Shown here: one piece after another, positions 51,790 through 56,016 of the stretch
Layout: the number at the start of each line of letters is the position of its first letter
How positions within the stretch are numbered: the stretch's first letter is position 1
From: Methanobacteriota archaeon
Lineage (GTDB): Archaea; Hydrothermarchaeota; Hydrothermarchaeia; Hydrothermarchaeales; JACRDW01
Assembly (NCBI GenBank): GCA_043820925.1
Contig: JBDRDL010000038.1
Location: 1 to 56,016 of the forward strand
Direction of reading: 5' to 3'
Length of the DNA stretch: 56,016 bases
Position numbers and translations under genes: made by a program
The notes under the pieces: model-generated
What the model saw: the letters and a program-made list of their open reading frames with translations, nothing else
What the model was told of the DNA's origin: nothing
The model's database searches: none

Positions 51790-52875
51790 TCATGCGAAAA
51801 GCTTGCTAGCGAAGTGCTGAGAACCGTACCTATATGCAATTTGGCAGGTTCCTTCCATGGAAACCATGCAGGGTCCCCGAGGCTTTTGCGGAGTGCAGGC
51901 TTTGCCGAAGAGCTTGCAGTGTTGCGGCGCCAGCTTTCCAACAATCACAAGATGGCAACTGCAGCTCGGGTCCAACTCTCTTACATCGGCGAGCTTTATA
52001 TTATACTTTAAGCGAGCGTCGTATTCGCTGAATTCTTTTCTTAATTTCAGCGCTGAGTCAGATATTCTTCCTATGCCTCTCCAGTGTCCGCTCGTTGCCT
52101 CAAAGACTCGGTTAATAATTTCCTGAGCTTTTATGTTTCCTTCTTTGGTTACAGAGCGCGTGTACTCGTTTTCAACGTGAGGATTTCCCTCTTTCACCTG
52201 CTTCAGAAGCATGGCAATTGCCATCAAAACATCGAGGGGCTCGAATCCGGCAACAACTACTGGAACCCTGTAAGCCTCTGGGAATAACTGGTAAGGTCTT
52301 AGACCAATTATAGTCGAAACGTGACCGGGAGCAATAAACCCGTCGAAGCGGTGCTCTCCGACACCAACCATCAGTTCCATTGCAGGCGGTATTAAGCGGT
52401 GCGAAATTAACATGCTGAAATTTTCAGGCGGCGAATTTAGTACAATGCTTGCAGTTGCGGGCGCAGTAGTTTCAAATCCAGTTGCAAAAAAAACGACATC
52501 TTTGCTGCTCTTCTCTGCAATCTCAACCGCATCAGCGGGACTGTAAACGATTCTAACATCTGCGCCCTTTGCCCTAGCGTGGTCTAGTGAAGACCTGCTT
52601 CCTGGCACTCTAACGACGTCTCCGAAAGTCGTGATTATGATTCCGTGCTCGGCAAGCCAAATACTCTCGTCGATTTCCTTAGCAGGAGTTATGCAGACAG
52701 GGCAGCCCGGACCTGCGATGACTTCAATATTCTCGGGGAGCAGGGAGCGCAAGCCGAAGCGGGTTATCGCGTATTCATGCGTTCCGCAGACGTGACAGAA
52801 CTTCAATTTTTCAGAATACTCCTCAATTTTTTGCACAATTTTTTGGGCTAATTTTTCGTCTCTAAAATTGAGCAT
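51790..52875 (-). CDS. hypD: Hydrogenase maturation protein HypD
   Basis: FCHVCGTHE, GPGCPVC, FETTAP, PCMVSMEGTC. Start set at ATG 52875, a 14-nt overlap with hypC. Confidence 0.9.
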   Translation of the reverse strand: MLNFRDEKLAQKIVQKIEEYSEKLKFCHVCGTHEYAITRFGLRSLLPENIEVIAGPGCPVCITPAKEIDESIWLAEHGIIITTFGDVVRVPGSRSSLDHARAKGADVRIVYSPADAVEIAEKSSKDVVFFATGFETTAPATASIVLNSPPENFSMLISHRLIPPAMELMVGVGEHRFDGFIAPGHVSTIIGLRPYQLFPEAYRVPVVVAGFEPLDVLMAIAMLLKQVKEGNPHVENEYTRSVTKEGNIKAQEIINRVFEATSGHWRGIGRISDSALKLRKEFSEYDARLKYNIKLADVRELDPSCSCHLVIVGKLAPQHCKLFGKACTPQKPRGPCMVSMEGTCQIAYRYGSQHFASKLFA

Positions 52876-53095
52876 AGCTCTCAGCTTCCAAAATTTCCTT
52901 CCAGTATCTAAGCGATTCTTTCGCTTCTTTCTCGTCAAGCTTTTGAATCGCAAATCCAACGTGAACTATTACATAATCGCCGATTTTTACATCTTCCAGC
53001 AAGCTAATATTTGCTTTTCTTTTTACCCCTCCAAAATCGAGAGTTGCCTCGCTGCCCCGAATTTCTAAAACTTGCGCAGGTACTGCCAGACACAT
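52862..53095 (-). CDS. hypC: Hydrogenase maturation chaperone HypC
   Basis: MCLAVPAQV N-terminus, 77 aa. Confidence 0.9.
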   Translation of the reverse strand: MCLAVPAQVLEIRGSEATLDFGGVKRKANISLLEDVKIGDYVIVHVGFAIQKLDEKEAKESLRYWKEILEAESYAQF

Positions 53096-53227
53096 ATTCT
53101 TGACCTCCTACTACCGATGAAAGGTATTGAATGCTCTTCCACTTAAATTTTCCCCCTGTAAATATAAATAAGTACCGCACGGGGTTGTCTAAAAATTCAG
53201 GAAAAGCCTAATCTGGCAGGAAAAAGA

Positions 53228-53240
53228 TTTATATATAAAT
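53228..53240 (+). promoter_or_regulatory. TATA-box candidate for the spt5-rpl11 operon
   Basis: aaagatttatatataaat lies about 50 nt upstream of ATG 53287; GGAGGAG at 53271-53277. Confidence 0.5.
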
Positions 53241-53286
53241 AAAAAAGGAAAATTACATATCTCTTTCTTGGAGGAGTAATTGCAAA

Positions 53287-53754
53287 ATGGAAAATAAGAT
53301 ATTTGCTGTTAGAACCACGATAGGTCGGGAGAGAAGTGTAGCAGACATGATGACTACCCGGACTTCAAAAGAAGGCTTCATGATATACTCTATACTGGTA
53401 CCTTGCGAGATCAGAGGATATGTATTGGTTGAGGCTGTAAACAAGACCGAAATAGAAAAATCCCTAAGGGGAGTTTCTCATGCGAGAGGAGTTGTGGAGG
53501 GAGAGGTTGCCTTCCCTGACATCGAAAAATTCTTTGTGCCGAAGCCGATGGTCACGAAGGTCGATACTGGGGACATAGTGGAGCTGATAAGCGGACCTTT
53601 CAGAGGAGAGAAAGCAAGAGTGGTTAGGGTGGATTTAAAGAAGGAAGAAATAACCGTTGAGCTTTTTGAGGCTACTGTTCCGATACCTGTTACTACTCGG
53701 GGAGACAGCATTAAAGTCTTGAGAAAGGAGGCAGAGAGTGAAGCAAACGATTAA
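53287..53754 (+). CDS. spt5: Transcription elongation factor Spt5 (NusG)
   Basis: [14 protein letters not shown] (NGN domain), [18 protein letters not shown] (KOW). Confidence 0.9.
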   Translation: MENKIFAVRTTIGRERSVADMMTTRTSKEGFMIYSILVPCEIRGYVLVEAVNKTEIEKSLRGVSHARGVVEGEVAFPDIEKFFVPKPMVTKVDTGDIVELISGPFRGEKARVVRVDLKKEEITVELFEATVPIPVTTRGDSIKVLRKEAESEAND

Positions 53755-54217
53755 TGTCCTCGTGGACGGAGGCGCTGCGAGTGCAGGTCCACCTCTGGGT
53801 CCGGCACTTGGGCCGATGGGAGTAAACATAGGCGTAGTAGTAAGCGCCATAAACGAGAAAACAAAAGATTTCGCTGGAATGAAGGTACCTGTCAAGGTCA
53901 TAGTTGAGCCTGCAACAAAGGAGTTTGAAATCGAGGTAGGAACTCCGCCCATGAGCGCACTTATAAAGAAAGACCTTGGACTGGAGAAAGGCTCGGGAGA
54001 GCCAAAGACAAAAAAAGTAGGAAACCTCAGTATGGAGGCAGCAATAAAAATAGCGAAAACGAAGAGGGACAGCACCTTAGCTGCGAGCCTTAAGGCTGCG
54101 GTAAGAGAGGTCGTTGGAGTTTGCGACTCGATGGGAGTTACCGTCGAAGGAAAGCCTGCGAGAGAAGTGCAGAAGGAAATCGCAGCAGGCGCTTATGATA
54201 ATTTATTAAAGGAGTGA
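53738..54217 (+). CDS. rpl11: 50S ribosomal protein L11 (uL11)
   Basis: [23 protein letters not shown]. Confidence 0.9.
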   Translation: MKQTINVLVDGGAASAGPPLGPALGPMGVNIGVVVSAINEKTKDFAGMKVPVKVIVEPATKEFEIEVGTPPMSALIKKDLGLEKGSGEPKTKKVGNLSMEAAIKIAKTKRDSTLAASLKAAVREVVGVCDSMGVTVEGKPAREVQKEIAAGAYDNLLKE

Positions 54218-54222
54218 TTTGA

Positions 54223-54864
54223 GTGCTTACTACAGATGCGATTGCAAAAGCTGTAGGAGAGGTCAAGGGAAAAAGCGAGAAACGCAAGTTTGTACAAAGT
54301 CTTGACCTCGCAATAAACTTAAACCTAGACATGAGCAAGCCCGAGAACAGGCTCAACGAAGAATTCTCGCTGCCGAACGGAAGAGGCAAGCCAGTTAAAG
54401 TAGGAGTAATTGCAGAGGGAGAATTAGCGCTGCAGGCAAAAAAAGTGGCTGACCTCGTTATCACGAGGGAAGATTTAGAGGAGCTTGCGAAGAACAAAAA
54501 GGCTGCAAAAAAAATTGTAGAAGAGCACGATTTCTTCATAGCTCAGACCGACTTAATGCCCTTAATCGGCAGGTATCTGGGAACTGTTATGGGACCCAGA
54601 GGCAAGATGCCGAAGCCGATACCGGTCAATGCTCCTATCGCACCTGCTGTAGAAAGATTAAAAAGGACCGTGAGGATAAGAACGAAGGAGAAGCCTGTGC
54701 TGCATGTTTGCGTTGGTACTGAAGACATGGAGGATAAAAAACTTATTGAAAATATTGAGGCAGTATTAAAATTCCTTGAGAGAAAATTAGAAAAAGGTTT
54801 CACAAGCATTAACTCAGTATATTTGAAGACTACAATGGGACCGAGTGTAAAAATAGGTGTTTAG
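54223..54864 (+). CDS. rpl1: 50S ribosomal protein L1 (uL1)
   Basis: GTG start; KRKFVQSLDLAINL, FDFFIAQTDLMPLIGRYLG-like region. Confidence 0.9.
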   Translation: MLTTDAIAKAVGEVKGKSEKRKFVQSLDLAINLNLDMSKPENRLNEEFSLPNGRGKPVKVGVIAEGELALQAKKVADLVITREDLEELAKNKKAAKKIVEEHDFFIAQTDLMPLIGRYLGTVMGPRGKMPKPIPVNAPIAPAVERLKRTVRIRTKEKPVLHVCVGTEDMEDKKLIENIEAVLKFLERKLEKGFTSINSVYLKTTMGPSVKIGV

Positions 54865-54924
54865 AATTGCGCAGCAAGCAGATACATATAATGCTTCTAG
54901 ACTTGGAAGTCCTAGAAACCGAAG

Positions 54925-55791
54925 GTGTCTAGAATGCCGCAGGCAGCGAAGTGGAAGTATGAAGAAGTGGACAGCCTGAAGGATTTGCTTCTAAAGTATC
55001 CTGTCATTGGAGTTGTGAATATGGGGGGAATTCCTGCGAGACAGCTCCAGAAGATGAGGAAGCTTCTGAAGGGCGAAGTCTTAATAAAGATGTCCAAGAA
55101 GTCGCTCATGCTGCATGCCCTCGAAAAAGCATCGAAGGAGGAGAGAAGCCTCCAGAGCTTGGCAGAGCATATAGGGGGACAGCCTGCATTCATATTCTCA
55201 AAAATGAATCCCTTCAAACTTTACAAAATTCTGGAGAAGAACAGGGCTAACGCACCTGCAAAGCCCGAGAGCATTGCTCCGAAGGATATTATGGTTCCCA
55301 AGGGAGAAACTCCATTTCCGCCCGGACCGCTTCTCGGCGAGCTGCAGCAGGTTGGAATACCGGCGACTGTAAAAGAAGGAAAAATTGCAATAAAGGAAGA
55401 CAAAATTGTTGTCAGGCAGGGGGAGAAAATCAGCCCAAAGCTTGCGCTTGCGTTAGCAAGGCTGGGCATTGAACCAATGGAAATCGGTATTGCTCTTCTT
55501 GCAGCGTATGAGAAAGGCATCGTATTCTTACCCGAGCTTCTGGCTGTGAACGAGGACAAAACGATAGCCGAGCTAAAGCAGGCTTACCAGCAGGCTATCA
55601 ATCTTTCGCTGAACGCAGGGTATGTAACAAAAGGCAATGTTGAGCTTGCCATCGGAAAAGCTTTCAGAGATGCCAGGGTACTTGCTGCAGAGGCAAATAT
55701 ATTTGAACCGGAAGTTGTGAAGGATATACTCTCAAAAGCTCATTTGCAGATGTTATCCCTCAAAACTTTAATCGAAAAAAGAGGTGAATGA
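54925..55791 (+). CDS. rpl10: 50S ribosomal protein L10 / P0 (uL10)
   Basis: [40 protein letters not shown] at 54925 or ATG at 54934. Confidence 0.9.
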   Translation: MSRMPQAAKWKYEEVDSLKDLLLKYPVIGVVNMGGIPARQLQKMRKLLKGEVLIKMSKKSLMLHALEKASKEERSLQSLAEHIGGQPAFIFSKMNPFKLYKILEKNRANAPAKPESIAPKDIMVPKGETPFPPGPLLGELQQVGIPATVKEGKIAIKEDKIVVRQGEKISPKLALALARLGIEPMEIGIALLAAYEKGIVFLPELLAVNEDKTIAELKQAYQQAINLSLNAGYVTKGNVELAIGKAFRDARVLAAEANIFEPEVVKDILSKAHLQMLSLKTLIEKRGE

Positions 55792-55792
55792 A

Positions 55793-56016
55793 ATGGAATA
55801 TGTTTATGCTGCTATGCTCTTGCATGCTGCTGGAAAGGAGATAAACGAAGAGAACTTAGCCAAGGTTTTAAAAGCGCCCGGAATAGAAGTAAATGAAGCA
55901 AAAGTAAAAGCTTTAGTCGCAGCTCTGGACGGCGTGAATATAGACGAGGCAATCAAGCAGGCACTGGCGCAGCCAGTAGTAGCGGCAGCTGCACCAGCAC
56001 AGGCGAAGGCAGAAAA
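55793..56016 (+). CDS. rpl12: 50S ribosomal protein L12 / P1 (partial, runs off window)
   Basis: [54 protein letters not shown]...; Ala-rich hinge begins at the window end. Confidence 0.9.
   Translation, partial: MEYVYAAMLLHAAGKEINEENLAKVLKAPGIEVNEAKVKALVAALDGVNIDEAIKQALAQPVVAAAAPAQAKAE

Noticed and set aside
54865-54924. Hairpin ttctagactt gg aagtcctagaa upstream of rpl10 as an autoregulatory L10/L12 or L1 binding mimic
   Set aside because: It is only a short imperfect stem. I cannot show similarity to the 23S rRNA binding site without the rRNA sequence, so I leave it as an unremarkable leader structure.
55440-55470. cttgcgcttgcgttagcaagg inside rpl10, resembling the cttgcgtaagcaag repeat core
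   Set aside because: It encodes the conserved [10 protein letters not shown] segment of L10/P0, is short and lacks the flanking module sequence, so it is probably coincidence. The same applies to gcgcaagcgcag within glyA near 9105.
1-56016. tRNA, rRNA, SRP RNA, RNase P RNA or C/D-box sRNA genes
   Set aside because: I found no cloverleaf-compatible sequence with a GTTCRAnnC T-arm, no rRNA-like stretch and no convincing C (RUGAUGA) / D (CUGA) box pairs in the non-coding gaps. The ggatgatgc at 14784 is not an exact C box and has no partner D box.

Overview
Densely coding archaeal (euryarchaeote-like) chromosomal segment; calls rest on motif recognition in the translations, with no database search run. 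The archaeal assignment rests on ribosomal proteins S3Ae, S15, L11, L1, L10/P0 and L12/P1, Spt5, KEOPS subunits, ApgM, DUF460/DUF373 proteins and a GGAGGTGA-type Shine-Dalgarno. Core content: Spt5-L11-L1-L10-L12 operon, SerRS, GlyA, MTAP, AroC, GGPP synthase, NAD synthesis (NadX, NadA, NAPRTase), UDP-sugar genes, AOR plus ferredoxin, KhtT/KhtU-like antiporter, two TatA plus two TatC, FdhD, hydrogenase maturation genes hypF/E/A/D/C, and four t6A/KEOPS genes (cgi121, sua5, bud32, pcc1). Accessory content: (i) an AT-rich islet between sua5 and bud32 with a hicAB cassette bracketed by inverted repeats and an orphan ParA-type ATPase coupled to an uncharacterised 172-aa protein; (ii) a DUF2283 plus frameshifted-toxin cassette flanked by a perfect 38-bp direct repeat that duplicates the 5' end of a methyltransferase gene; (iii) a vapBC pair next to a truncated deaminase and a non-canonical PurD-like ATP-grasp gene. 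The most unusual signal is a modular family of about 25-50 nt palindromic interspersed repeats in many intergenic regions, forming two composite blocks of about 300 nt. Copies supply stop codons and C-terminal residues to several genes, and one 45-nt copy sits in frame inside pcc1. No tRNA, rRNA or CRISPR array was seen.
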